NCBI GenBank assembly: GCA_017395245.1
Contig: JAFPVR010000010.1
Coordinates: 65,942-129,941 of the forward strand
DNA: 64,000 nucleotides
Source of the DNA: Bacteroidales bacterium
Lineage (GTDB): Bacteria; Bacteroidota; Bacteroidia; Bacteroidales; WCHB1-69
Direction of reading: 5' to 3'
Shown here: positions 8,111-17,354 of the stretch, in pieces
Position numbering within the stretch: the stretch's first letter is position 1
Layout of the letters: every line of letters begins with the position of its first letter
Translations under genes and position numbers: made by a program
The notes under the pieces: generated by a model
What the model saw: the letters and a program-made list of their open reading frames with translations, nothing else
Databases searched by the model: none
Told to the model about the DNA's origin: nothing

Positions 8111-8157
8111 CCACTGTTTCGAATTAGTCAACATCAAGCCCATTAAAAAATCACATT

Positions 8158-9030
8158 ATGAAACCGATAAAAGCCATCCTTTTCATCTCGGCAATGTTGT
8201 TCGCAGCCTTGTTTTCCTCCTGCGGCAACAAACACAATAGCCAAACAGAGGCTAATATGCCCAAGTTTGAGCCGAAGTTTCCTCAAAAGAGCGTTTGGAT
8301 TCATTACAACAATTCCAACGATTCCATCGAAATAACTTTCTCTTCTATGGAAGAAGCAGAATGGAAGTTGATTCACGATGTTAAACAACATGATTTCTGC
8401 GAAGCCTTTGAAAAGGTCTTTTTGTCTGATCCTTCTTCTATGGATTATCCATTCGATTCTCTATTCCAAAACGAAAACCTTTGTGAAATACTTCTTCCTG
8501 TCAAATCTGATGATGGGAATGTGCGCTGTTTCGGACTCTATCCTCAAACCGCACATGAAATACCAACGATGATGACCTTTTACAAACTAAATGGTAAGGT
8601 GTACAAAGCAGAAGAATCAGAGCGAGCAGAGGATTGTTATTACTGCTTACGTCCGGATACTATATACACAATTAATAGTGACAAGTTCACAGTATACCTT
8701 GTTTGGGGATATTGCGGTTATACGGGCGAAGGTAATGGTTTCAAGTTGTCTGCTTACAAATTGGACAATACGGGATTACATCCTGCGTTTGTATTCGAAG
8801 ATGGTGACGGACAAAGTCTTTATACTCAAATCTGTACAAATGACGAAATGTTTGATGAGTTGGCAAAGGATCATTTCAGACCGCTAATCTATTTTGATAA
8901 AAATGAATCTGCAATCTATGCTCGAGTACTTGCAGAATGTGATAAAGGAAAAAGTGGGTGCTCTGCGAAAGTGACAAACCGTTATGAAAAATACGTTTGG
9001 AACGGGAAGAAGTTTGTGTTTAAGAAATAA
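8158..9030 (+). CDS. lipoprotein, unknown function (paralog of 10042..10989)
   Basis: Signal peptide plus lipobox ALFSSCGN. Shares IEITFSSMEEAEWKL and YKLDNTGLHPAFVFE blocks with the 10042 ORF. Confidence 0.7.
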   Translation: MKPIKAILFISAMLFAALFSSCGNKHNSQTEANMPKFEPKFPQKSVWIHYNNSNDSIEITFSSMEEAEWKLIHDVKQHDFCEAFEKVFLSDPSSMDYPFDSLFQNENLCEILLPVKSDDGNVRCFGLYPQTAHEIPTMMTFYKLNGKVYKAEESERAEDCYYCLRPDTIYTINSDKFTVYLVWGYCGYTGEGNGFKLSAYKLDNTGLHPAFVFEDGDGQSLYTQICTNDEMFDELAKDHFRPLIYFDKNESAIYARVLAECDKGKSGCSAKVTNRYEKYVWNGKKFVFKK

Positions 9031-9059
9031 TGGTTGTTGACTTCAAATATCTATTGATT

Positions 9060-9950
9060 ATGAAACCAAATATAATGTACCTTGTTTTGCTCACAATCGC
9101 CATATTTCTCTGTTCCTGCGGGCACAAATCCACAAAGAAGGTCGCTCCAACCGAAACAGACACAACGTACGTTGCCGTGGAAGAAGAGGAAGCCCCCGGT
9201 TTGTCGCACTTCTCCGACACTCTGAGCGACGGGAAGTACCATCAAATAATTCTTGAGGCAATCGCAAATGGCGACAAGCAGACATTTGCAAAGATAGTCT
9301 CCTATCCCTTAAATCGCCCTTACCCTTTGCCCGATATTGAAACGGAGGGACAAATGGTTCGCTACTTTGACACTCTTTTTGACAAACAATTCCGCCAGCA
9401 AGTAGCAAAACTTGATTCCAACTCGTGGGACAATGTTGGCTGGCGTGGTTCGATGATTCTTGACGGAGAAATATGGGATACAGATCCTGTCATCTGCATC
9501 AACTACTCTTCGCCACTCGAACAACGTTATGCTGAATATCTGAGAAAGAAGGATATGTCCCGCCTGCACCCGTCGCTGCGCGGGAACTGGGAACCCTACT
9601 ACGGCTGTCAACTTGACGGCTCGGCATGTCCGGGTTTTGAGTATTCCTTTGCCCGAGTGGATGTCAGCACAGACCAGGAGCCCGACAAGGAACCCTCTTT
9701 TCGCGTGGCTGTTTTCAAAAAAGGAACCATGGCTTCCGATGTTCCAGATGTTGTCTTATTGGGAAAAAGAGTCATTGAAGGCTCAATGCAACTTGAGACT
9801 CTTTATTTCGAGTCAGACAAACAAGCAGTCATAATTGTAATGGAGGATGTCGAAGACGGGAAGACCTATTTTACAATATATAATGACAAGAAAAAGGACG
9901 AAACTCGTAAACATGTACCCTGTAAGAAGTGTCTTCAGCCTTTCCAATAA
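9060..9950 (+). CDS. lipoprotein, unknown function
   Basis: MKPNIMYLVLLTIAIFLCSCGHK (lipobox). Start moved to ATG 9060. Confidence 0.65.
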   Translation: MKPNIMYLVLLTIAIFLCSCGHKSTKKVAPTETDTTYVAVEEEEAPGLSHFSDTLSDGKYHQIILEAIANGDKQTFAKIVSYPLNRPYPLPDIETEGQMVRYFDTLFDKQFRQQVAKLDSNSWDNVGWRGSMILDGEIWDTDPVICINYSSPLEQRYAEYLRKKDMSRLHPSLRGNWEPYYGCQLDGSACPGFEYSFARVDVSTDQEPDKEPSFRVAVFKKGTMASDVPDVVLLGKRVIEGSMQLETLYFESDKQAVIIVMEDVEDGKTYFTIYNDKKKDETRKHVPCKKCLQPFQ

Positions 9951-9984
9951 ACGTTTGTGGAGTCGCATGTCGCAAAAAAAATGA

Positions 9985-9992
9985 TATTTTTG
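9985..9992 (+). promoter_or_regulatory. Bacteroidota-type -7 promoter box (TAnnTTTG)
   Basis: TATTTTTG, 49 nt upstream of the ATG at 10042. Confidence 0.5.
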
Positions 9993-10041
9993 CCGTTGCT
10001 TTCAAATAGTCACTGTCAAGTTTCCTAAAACCGATCATTTT

Positions 10042-10989
10042 ATGTCAAACAAAACCGAACCAATGTTCACCCCGCATTTTCCCAAAAAGAGCATCCGCCT
10101 TGCCCAAAACTCCCAAGAACCCATCGAAATGACCTTTTCGTCCATGGAGGAAGCGGAATGGAAACTGTTGAACGAAATACCAAGCCGCTATCTCTTTGAT
10201 GTACTGGGAAAAGTCCTCCATGAACTTTCGTCAATGGACTTTCCGTTCGATTTGCTTCAAAAAGAGGAAGCCATAAGCCCGATAGTCACCTCCGAAGACG
10301 GATTGGCACGTTTTATTGGGGTGCCCAACGACATTTTGCAATTGCCGCCATCCATGATTGTCCAATACAGACTCAACGGAGAGGCTCGTGTAGCTGGAGC
10401 CGAATTGGAGGAAACACGTTATTATTCCCTGTACCCCATCACCGTGGATGGTTTCAAAAAAGAGAATTCCACCTTGTATTATGTCTGGGGAAACTGCGAC
10501 TCAGGGAAGACCTGGATGGGGAGTAGAATGCGCGCCTACGAGTTGGATAGCAACGGGCTGCATCCAGCATTCCTATATGAAGGGGAAAACGCTCAGTCGC
10601 TTATAAGGGTCGATTATTTCAACATTGAAAATGAAGTGTCGGAAGCAATACACCACGAAACGCTAACCAAGGAGCAATGTTGCCACTTTTTATATTTGTC
10701 TGACGAGATGTTTGAAATTTCTCGTTATGCAAGTGTTTTGGCACGTGCAGCAGTTAGACAACAGCTGGGGCTCTTTTGGATTAACGAACAAAATGAGAAA
10801 AAGGTTGTTCTCAATCTCCAATATATGATTGACGAATTGCTCGATGCCACTGAAAAATTCGGACGGAATAGAGATTGGGATGAGTACCTCAGGGATGTCC
10901 CGGGAGTTCTATGCCATTATTACAGGGGTAAAGGTGATACGGAAAATTTGAAAAAGTATGCTGAAATTGCGAAGCGGTTCAAAAAATAG
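10042..10989 (+). CDS. paralog of the 8158 lipoprotein, lacking a signal peptide and carrying a different C-terminal half
   Basis: IEMTFSSMEEAEWKLLNEI and YELDSNGLHPAFLYE match 8158..9030. There is no hydrophobic N-terminus. Confidence 0.6.
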   Translation: MSNKTEPMFTPHFPKKSIRLAQNSQEPIEMTFSSMEEAEWKLLNEIPSRYLFDVLGKVLHELSSMDFPFDLLQKEEAISPIVTSEDGLARFIGVPNDILQLPPSMIVQYRLNGEARVAGAELEETRYYSLYPITVDGFKKENSTLYYVWGNCDSGKTWMGSRMRAYELDSNGLHPAFLYEGENAQSLIRVDYFNIENEVSEAIHHETLTKEQCCHFLYLSDEMFEISRYASVLARAAVRQQLGLFWINEQNEKKVVLNLQYMIDELLDATEKFGRNRDWDEYLRDVPGVLCHYYRGKGDTENLKKYAEIAKRFKK

Positions 10990-11051
10990 TCATAGGACTA
11001 AAAGGATAGTTCCGACTTTTTCATTCAAAGAAATCACTAATCAATTGAACA

Positions 11052-11555
11052 ATGGAAATAAATGAAATTAGTTATAGCGAACGGTTCAACAGCTTACATC
11101 TTCCCGAGATAAAGAAAGTGATTGGAGCCGATGGTGCCGAAAGGGAGGTGAACGAGCAGTGTGTTCGTGACGTTTTTAGTCATGTCCATAAGATGGTAAC
11201 AGATTACAAATACACACCTATTGACTTGAACGACATGGTTGCTGTAATTCAATCGGGTGAAAGTGCCACTGTTGTCAAGGTGGAAAGTGGCGGTTTAGAC
11301 CGTGTGGAACGAGCGTTGGCAATGCTGGTGGATCGTTTCAAATTGGCAGATTTCCTGTTGGGACAAGTTAAGGGACTGATACTGCACATTCAATTTACCG
11401 CTGAAGATTACAAACCTACGTTGGAAGAGCATATCACTATTGAAGAAACGCTTTTTCAGCATGTGGCCAAAGACATTTCCTTGTTGGTGGGATTCACCGA
11501 CAACGGCACAGGCAAGGGAGACGCTTTGACGTTCACTGCCATCGCTATTTGTTAA
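11052..11555 (+). CDS. stand-alone FtsZ C-terminal-domain-like protein (tentative)
   Basis: IDLNDMVAVIQSGESATVVKVESGGLDRVERALAML ... VKGLILHIQ ... LEEHITIEETL ... DISLLVGFT ... DALTFTAIA follows the FtsZ_C pattern (E. coli [36 protein letters not shown] ... ARGVLVNIT ... ELRVTVVATG). No GTPase domain. Confidence 0.4.
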   Translation: MEINEISYSERFNSLHLPEIKKVIGADGAEREVNEQCVRDVFSHVHKMVTDYKYTPIDLNDMVAVIQSGESATVVKVESGGLDRVERALAMLVDRFKLADFLLGQVKGLILHIQFTAEDYKPTLEEHITIEETLFQHVAKDISLLVGFTDNGTGKGDALTFTAIAIC

Positions 11556-11665
11556 TCTTGAAGTTTTTCCTCTAAAGTACTTGTTAATTCACTTATTTCA
11601 TACATCAAATTGCCCACTTTATACAATAAATTACTTCGCAACAAGTGCTAATTGGAGATAATTGC

Positions 11666-11673
11666 TACTTTTG
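11666..11673 (+). promoter_or_regulatory. Bacteroidota-type -7 promoter box (TAnnTTTG)
   Basis: TACTTTTG, 50 nt upstream of the ATG at 11724. Confidence 0.5.
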
Positions 11674-11723
11674 CCGCCGTTTTTCATTCTGTCATCGTCA
11701 AGTGTAAAAAAAACGTTCAGGTC

Positions 11724-12995
11724 ATGTTCTATTCATTTTTCACCCATTTCCACCATTTTCCCGGTGCCCGTCTGTTCACTTACATCTCTTTCCGCGCCAT
11801 TATAGCCGGGGTGGTGGCGCTGTGCATCAGCATTTGGTTCGGAAAGTGGTTCATCCGTTGGATGAAACGCCATCAGTTTTATGAAACCCAACGCGACGAG
11901 ACAATCGACCCAGCGGGCAAGGAGAAAAAAAATGTCCCGACTATGGGCGGGTTCATCGTCATCACGGCCGTCTTGGTGCCCTGTCTGCTATTGGGCAAAC
12001 TGTCGAACATCTATATGATTCTGTTACTCGTCACCACTTTGCTGATGGGCACACTCGGTTTTGCAGATGACTATATCAAGACTTTCCGCAAGAACAAGGC
12101 TGGACTTAACGGCTGGGTGAAAATCGCCGGTCAGGTGACGCTTGGCTTGATTGTCGGACTGGTCCTGCGTTTCAGCCCCGCAGTGATGATGAACGAGGTG
12201 GTGACCAGCCATATTGAGAACAACATCGTGGTGGTGGACAAGAGTCCGGAAATCAAATCGACCCAGACCACTATTCCGTTCGTGAAACACCACAATTTCA
12301 ACTATGCGGATTTGTTCTCATGGCTCGGGGAAAAGAACATGTATCGTGCAGGCTGGATTTTCTTCGTCCTGTTGACCGCATTCGTGGTTGCGGCATTGAG
12401 CAACGGGGCCAACCTCAATGATGGTATGGACGGCATGTGCGCTGGAAACTCGTCCATTATTGCCGTAACACTGCTTCTATTGGCCTATATGAGCGGTAGC
12501 GTTGTATGGGCACAATATTTCGATGTGATGTATATCCCAGGTTCCGAAGAACTTGTTGTCTTTCTTGCTTCGTTTGTCGGTGCCCTGGTGGGCTATCTCT
12601 GGTGGAACGGATTCCCTGCTCAGGTGTTCCTTGGAGACACTGGCAGTTTGGCCATTGGTGGGATTATCGGTGTAAGTGCGATGGTCATCCATAAGGAATT
12701 GATGATGCCACTTCTTTGCGGTGTGTTCTTGATGGAGAGTGTGTCGGTGATTCTGCAAACGAGGTATTATAAATATTGTAAAAAACACGGATGTCGTGGG
12801 CGAATCTGGAAAGCAACTCCTATTCACGACCATTTCCGCACCTCTATGGATGATGTGCTGAAAAGGGATCCTACATGTACGGTTGTTTTCAAAGGAAGTA
12901 ATGAAAAACATCACGAGGTAAAGATTGTGTTACGGTTCTGTATTGTTACGCTGATTCTTGCCGCGTTGACTGTTTTGACACTGAAAATCCGATAA
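11724..12995 (+). CDS. mraY: phospho-N-acetylmuramoyl-pentapeptide transferase
   Basis: FADDYIK, NLNDGMDG, LGDTGSL and a Bacteroidota-type N-terminus MFYSFF..FPGARLFTYISFRA. The HHH loop motif reads PIHDHF. Start moved downstream of the -7 box. Confidence 0.88.
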   Translation: MFYSFFTHFHHFPGARLFTYISFRAIIAGVVALCISIWFGKWFIRWMKRHQFYETQRDETIDPAGKEKKNVPTMGGFIVITAVLVPCLLLGKLSNIYMILLLVTTLLMGTLGFADDYIKTFRKNKAGLNGWVKIAGQVTLGLIVGLVLRFSPAVMMNEVVTSHIENNIVVVDKSPEIKSTQTTIPFVKHHNFNYADLFSWLGEKNMYRAGWIFFVLLTAFVVAALSNGANLNDGMDGMCAGNSSIIAVTLLLLAYMSGSVVWAQYFDVMYIPGSEELVVFLASFVGALVGYLWWNGFPAQVFLGDTGSLAIGGIIGVSAMVIHKELMMPLLCGVFLMESVSVILQTRYYKYCKKHGCRGRIWKATPIHDHFRTSMDDVLKRDPTCTVVFKGSNEKHHEVKIVLRFCIVTLILAALTVLTLKIR

Positions 12996-12997
12996 CT

Positions 12998-13576
12998 ATG
13001 ATATTTCTGACATCCGACTTGCACCTGTGTCACAAATCTTTCATCTATGAGCCTCGCGGGTTCCACAGCGCGGAAGAGATGAATTCCGCTATTGAGAAAA
13101 ATTGGAACGAGCTTGTTTCCGAGGACGATGACGTTTTTGTCCTTGGAGACCTGATTTTCAAAGGGGAACGCAACACGCTGGACGATGCCATGTCCATCGT
13201 CAGACGACTTAAAGGCAGGAAACATCTCATCCTGGGCAATCATGATGGCAGCTTGAAGATAGAACTGTATCGGAAGGAAAACAGCATCGTTGAAATCGAG
13301 AGTGCGAAATACTTTTGGTACAAAGGACACCAGTATTATATGAGTCACTTCCCGTCAATTACCGTTGATCCGGAAGTGGAGAAACCCAAAAACTGGATTG
13401 TGAATTTTTTCGGTCATACCCATAAAAAGGAAAAGTTTTACAACGGGCTTCCGTTTATGTACAACGTCTCCCTTGATGCTCACAACAATAGACCAGTGGC
13501 CATTGATGAGGCAATAGCGGATATTCGGGCGAAAACCGAAGAATATCTAAACTTGATGGGACTCTGTAGGCGGTAG
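12998..13576 (+). CDS. calcineurin-like metallophosphoesterase
   Basis: TSDLHLCH, VLGDLIF, GNHD and GHTH motifs. Starts 2 nt after the mraY stop. Confidence 0.75.
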   Translation: MIFLTSDLHLCHKSFIYEPRGFHSAEEMNSAIEKNWNELVSEDDDVFVLGDLIFKGERNTLDDAMSIVRRLKGRKHLILGNHDGSLKIELYRKENSIVEIESAKYFWYKGHQYYMSHFPSITVDPEVEKPKNWIVNFFGHTHKKEKFYNGLPFMYNVSLDAHNNRPVAIDEAIADIRAKTEEYLNLMGLCRR

Positions 13577-13600
13577 AGACGTTGCGCGCACCGTCTCTAC
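13574..13600. repeat. REP-like palindrome GTAGAGACG-N9-CGTCTCTAC
   Basis: Perfect 9-bp arms overlapping the phosphoesterase stop codon. Same arm sequence as the hairpins at 30244-30339. Confidence 0.7.
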
Positions 13601-13678
13601 ATCGCACCGGTTCAGCTCGATTCCATTGCCGTTTTACAACAATATTGTCGATTAAACTAAAGAGACTTCGTAACTTTC

Positions 13679-15127
13679 TTACGAACCTGTCCTCTCCTCA
13701 AAGATGTCATCAATAGTGATTTGGGTGGAGATGTGTTCGGAATAGGTGTTCCTCTGCATTCCGGCCGCTGTGATGAACGTCGGGATGATGCCGCCGGCGA
13801 AGGCGGTTTGCCTCCTGAACATCCCGATACGACTCATATACTTCTCGTATTCTTCTTTGTTGAGAATATAAGGTTCTTCGCTGTATTTCGCTTCACAGAG
13901 ATTGATCATGCGGTCGGCTCGTTCAATGATGATGTCGATCTGGGCTCGTTGCTGGTTTTCCGGGTCAATGCCATTCCAAGAATAATGTTCCGTTTTTATG
14001 CCATCAATTCCAAGAGCCTGTTTGATTTCTTGGATATGTGCGAGGCAAACGCGTTCGAATGACAGCCCTAACCAAGTGTTCACCTCGGGCGTGTTCAAAC
14101 TTTGTGTCCAAAAACGCTCGTTGCTGGTTCTGTTTTTCATAAACTGCAGATGGAAGATGGAGAAGAAATCCATCAGCTGGTATAGCCCTGAACGTGAAGA
14201 TATTTTTTTGTTCTTCACCCTGTAGAAGCGTACGATATCGCAGTCCACCAGATTCTGGAGCATCTTGGTCAGGTTCCCGTTGCTGTTTGTGCCCAACTCT
14301 TTGGCAATCTCATCACGAGTCATCCCTTTTTTCTTTTTGAAAAGTGTTTCTACAATGCTGATGTATGGGTCGGGGCTCGCAAATAGAGTTTTATAGAGCC
14401 TCCGGAATTCACGGCGCATTTCACCGCTTTGCTGGAAACAGAGCCTGTCGATGTTTTGCGCAAGGCTGTCTGCCTTGTTAAGGAGGCTGAGGTAGTAGGG
14501 TATTCCACCCATTACCATATAGGTCTGTAGAATCATCAGTCGGTCCCACGGAAATCCGTATTCGACCAAATATTCTTCCGTTTCATGAAGGTTGAATTCT
14601 TTGAGATGAATCTCGTGTGTGATGCGGTCGTGCAAGCCTCCGTGACTGTCAATGACATTCTTCATCATCCATGAAGTGGAAGAACCGCAGACGATGAGCA
14701 GAAAGTTCTCTTGCGTTGATGCCCAACTGTTCCAGAAATGTCCCAATGCTTTTGTGAAATCCGACTTTCTTGTGTCAAAACACGGTAATTCATCAATGAA
14801 AACGACACAAGGGGTGGATTGTCCCATTCTTAGGGACAGAAAATGTCGCAATATTTGAAAAGCCTCATACCAATCCTTTGGAATCTCCTTGCCCTCGCAT
14901 CCATATAAGTCCAGTGCGTCTGTAAAAGCGTGAATTTGAGCTTTCTTGTCTCCGTCCAGAATCCCTGTCATGGAGAATGTCAGCCTGTTTTCAAAGACAT
15001 GATTGACCAGAAAAGTCTTCCCCACACGCCGCCGTCCGTACAATGCCACAAATTCGGCTCTGCCTGAGGCTGCGTATTGTTCCAACAACCTGATTTCCTG
15101 TTTTCGTCCGATAATTTTTGAGTGCAT
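13679..15127 (-). CDS. AAA ATPase, archaeal-ATPase/DUF234-type ATP-binding protein
   Basis: MHSKIIGRKQEIRLLE...GRRRVGKT and VVFIDELPC. Collinear with 2382..3827 along its whole length. Confidence 0.8.
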   Translation of the reverse strand: MHSKIIGRKQEIRLLEQYAASGRAEFVALYGRRRVGKTFLVNHVFENRLTFSMTGILDGDKKAQIHAFTDALDLYGCEGKEIPKDWYEAFQILRHFLSLRMGQSTPCVVFIDELPCFDTRKSDFTKALGHFWNSWASTQENFLLIVCGSSTSWMMKNVIDSHGGLHDRITHEIHLKEFNLHETEEYLVEYGFPWDRLMILQTYMVMGGIPYYLSLLNKADSLAQNIDRLCFQQSGEMRREFRRLYKTLFASPDPYISIVETLFKKKKGMTRDEIAKELGTNSNGNLTKMLQNLVDCDIVRFYRVKNKKISSRSGLYQLMDFFSIFHLQFMKNRTSNERFWTQSLNTPEVNTWLGLSFERVCLAHIQEIKQALGIDGIKTEHYSWNGIDPENQQRAQIDIIIERADRMINLCEAKYSEEPYILNKEEYEKYMSRIGMFRRQTAFAGGIIPTFITAAGMQRNTYSEHISTQITIDDIFEERTGS

Positions 15128-15150
15128 AACCTTACAGATTTTATTCGTTG

Positions 15151-15158
15151 CAAAAATA
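15151..15158 (-). promoter_or_regulatory. Bacteroidota-type -7 promoter box (TAnnTTTG on the minus strand)
   Basis: The plus strand reads CAAAAATA. It lies 23 nt upstream of the ATPase start codon. Confidence 0.5.
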
Positions 15159-15356
15159 CGATTTATTTTATTCGATTGCCAAACTGGTAAAAAAAATATC
15201 GATTTGGCAACCGAATGCGTATTCGATGGCTAAAACGAATGTTTCGGTTCTGCTGTGGCAACTGTATGACGATTTGCCAAGTATGAAAATGAAATCGTTT
15301 ATTGTTTTTATGCTCGCCAGGAGGAGTGTGAGGTGACGGAAGTGTAGGCGACACAG

Positions 15357-16247
15357 ATGAACGGCTGGGTGAAAATCGCCGGACAAGTGACGCTCGGGCT
15401 GATTGTCGGACTGGTCCTGCGTTTCAGCCCCGCAGTGACAATGAACGAAGTGGTGACCAGCCATATTGAAAACAACGTTGTGGTGGTGGATAAGAGTTCA
15501 GAGATCAAATCCACGCAAACCACTATCCCATTCGTGAAACACCACAATTTCAACTATGCGGATTTGTTCTCATGGCTTGGAGAGAAGAATATGTATCGTG
15601 CAGGCTGGATCTTTTTTGTGTTGATGACGGTATTCGTGGTTGCGGCATTGAGCAATGGGGCAAACCTAAATGATGGCATGGACGGCATGTGCGCCGGAAA
15701 CTCGGCCATTATTGCCGTAACACTCCTTCTGTTGGCCTATATGAGCGGTAGCGTCGTATGGGCGCAATATTTTGATGTGATGTATATTCCTGGTTCCGAA
15801 GAACTTGTAGTCTTTCTGTCCTCGTTTGTGGGCGCATTGGTGGGATACCTGTGGTGGAACGGATTTCCTGCGCAGGTGTTTCTAGGGGATACGGGAGGTT
15901 TGACTGTTGGCGGCATTATCGGTGTGAGTGCGATGGTCATCCACAAGGAACTGATGATGCCACTCCTATGCGGTGTATTCTTGATGGAGAGCGTTTCTGT
16001 GATTCTGCAAACGAGGTATTACAAGTATTGTAAAAAACATGGATGTCGTGGGCGAATCTGGAAAGCAACTCCTATTCACGACCATTTCCGCACCTCTATG
16101 GACGATGTGCTGAGAAAGGATCCTACATGTACAGTTATTTTCAAAGGGAGTGATGAAAAGCATCATGAGGTGAAGATTGTGCTGCGTTTTTGTGTCGTTA
16201 CGCTCATTCTCGCAGCATTAACCATTTTGACGCTGAAAATTAGATAG
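15357..16247 (+). pseudogene. 5'-truncated duplicate of mraY (C-terminal ~295 codons only)
   Basis: 15360-16247 aligns base for base (offset 3252) with 12108-12995. It lacks the N-terminal ~130 codons, including the DDYIK region. Confidence 0.8.
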
Positions 16248-16249
16248 TT

Positions 16250-16591
16250 ATGATTTTCTTGACATCCGACTTGCACCTGTATCACAAATCTTTCGTCTAT
16301 GAGCCTCGCGGGTTCCACAGCGCGGAAGAGATGAATTCCGCTATTGAGAAAAATTGGAACAATCTTGTTTCCGAGGACGATGACGTTTTTGTCCTTGGAG
16401 ACCTGATTTTCAAAGGGGAACGCAACACGCTGGACGATGCCATGTCCATCGTCAGACGACTTAAAGGCAGGAAACATCTCATTCTGGGCAATCATGATGG
16501 CAGCTTGAAGATAGAACTGTATCGGAAGGAAAACAGCATCGTTGAAATCGAGAGTGCGAAATACTTTTGGTACAAAGGACACCAGTATTAA
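16250..16591 (+). pseudogene. 3'-truncated duplicate of the metallophosphoesterase gene (first 113 codons)
   Basis: 16250-16590 aligns with 12998-13338 (offset 3252). Homology stops abruptly and a stop codon follows. The GHTH motif is missing. Confidence 0.75.
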
Positions 16592-16601
16592 TTGAAATAT
16601 T

Positions 16602-17051
16602 ATGACAAGAGGTAATTTGTTTGTCCGTTATAGAAATGAGGATGGCTCTGCTTGTGAGCTGCATTGGTTTGGAAATCACGATTTCTACGAATCAGAAGTT
16701 ATTCCACTCATCAAAGAGGCTATGTCATTGACAAAAACAGATTTGAAAGATTACAAAGGGGGAACATCTTCGACGATAGTGGCGAAACTGCTTTTCACAA
16801 ACCTCGCTATCGCTGACGAGGACGAGGTTTTTGAATTGGGTCCCGTTGATGATGTTTGTGATTATTTGTATTTTGTTGATGTTGAGGTACAAGAAGGTTG
16901 TCCTTTCATCATGCTTCGGTGCTTTGATGTGGGGTGTGTGAGAGGGAAAGTGACTGGAGAACGATGGCCAAAAGCATTGTCAACGCCACAACCCTTTGAA
17001 AGGTTGGCTGAGGATTTTAAACTGGTTTTGAAAGAAGAGGTGCCATTGTGA
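16602..17051 (+). CDS. hypothetical protein (149 aa)
   Basis: ORF only. No recognisable motif. Confidence 0.4.
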   Translation: MTRGNLFVRYRNEDGSACELHWFGNHDFYESEVIPLIKEAMSLTKTDLKDYKGGTSSTIVAKLLFTNLAIADEDEVFELGPVDDVCDYLYFVDVEVQEGCPFIMLRCFDVGCVRGKVTGERWPKALSTPQPFERLAEDFKLVLKEEVPL

Positions 17052-17062
17052 TATATGGTTAG

Positions 17063-17176
17063 GCCCTGAAGCAGATCGAGGACAAGCAGTACGCCGCCCC
17101 CTTCGCCGCCGACCCGAAGAAGTTGTTCAAAGTCGGGGTCTGTTTCGGCAGCGAAAGCAAGGGCATTGTTTGCCAC
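17063..17176 (+). pseudogene. C-terminal fragment of a PD-(D/E)XK (PDDEXK_9-type) AAA-ATPase-like protein
   Basis: Translates to ALKQIEDKQYAAPFAADPKKLFKVGVCFGSESKGIV. This resembles the C-terminus of 17355..18938 (ALDQINSNGYALPYETEGRAVVKVGVQFDRET). No upstream part is present. Confidence 0.5.
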
Positions 17177-17326
17177 TCTCTGTCCGGCCAACGACAAAAA
17201 CCTTATTGGATGCTCTACGGTTTTGACCAGTTGTTGCATCAGTTGGTTATTGTCGGGATTTGGTATTGTTGCTGCATGAACTTCTGAGAAATAACATTAG
17301 AAGTTGCGCCCGACACGGATTTTTTG

Positions 17327-17334
17327 TATCTTTG
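17327..17334 (+). promoter_or_regulatory. Bacteroidota-type -7 promoter box (TAnnTTTG)
   Basis: TATCTTTG, 20 nt upstream of the ATG at 17355. Confidence 0.5.
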
Positions 17335-17354
17335 CGCCGTTAAAACCCATACTG

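Noticed and set aside
9613-9834. Many short overlapping ORFs inside confirmed genes (for example 9613..9834, 12506..12694, 27477..27731 and 60440..60691).
   Set aside because: They lie out of frame or antisense within longer ORFs that have clear family signatures. None has independent support.
15357-16247. A second functional mraY.
   Set aside because: It starts in the middle of the protein, with no N-terminal TM helices and no DDYIK motif. It is a verbatim segment of the upstream gene with no promoter box of its own, so it was called a pseudogene.
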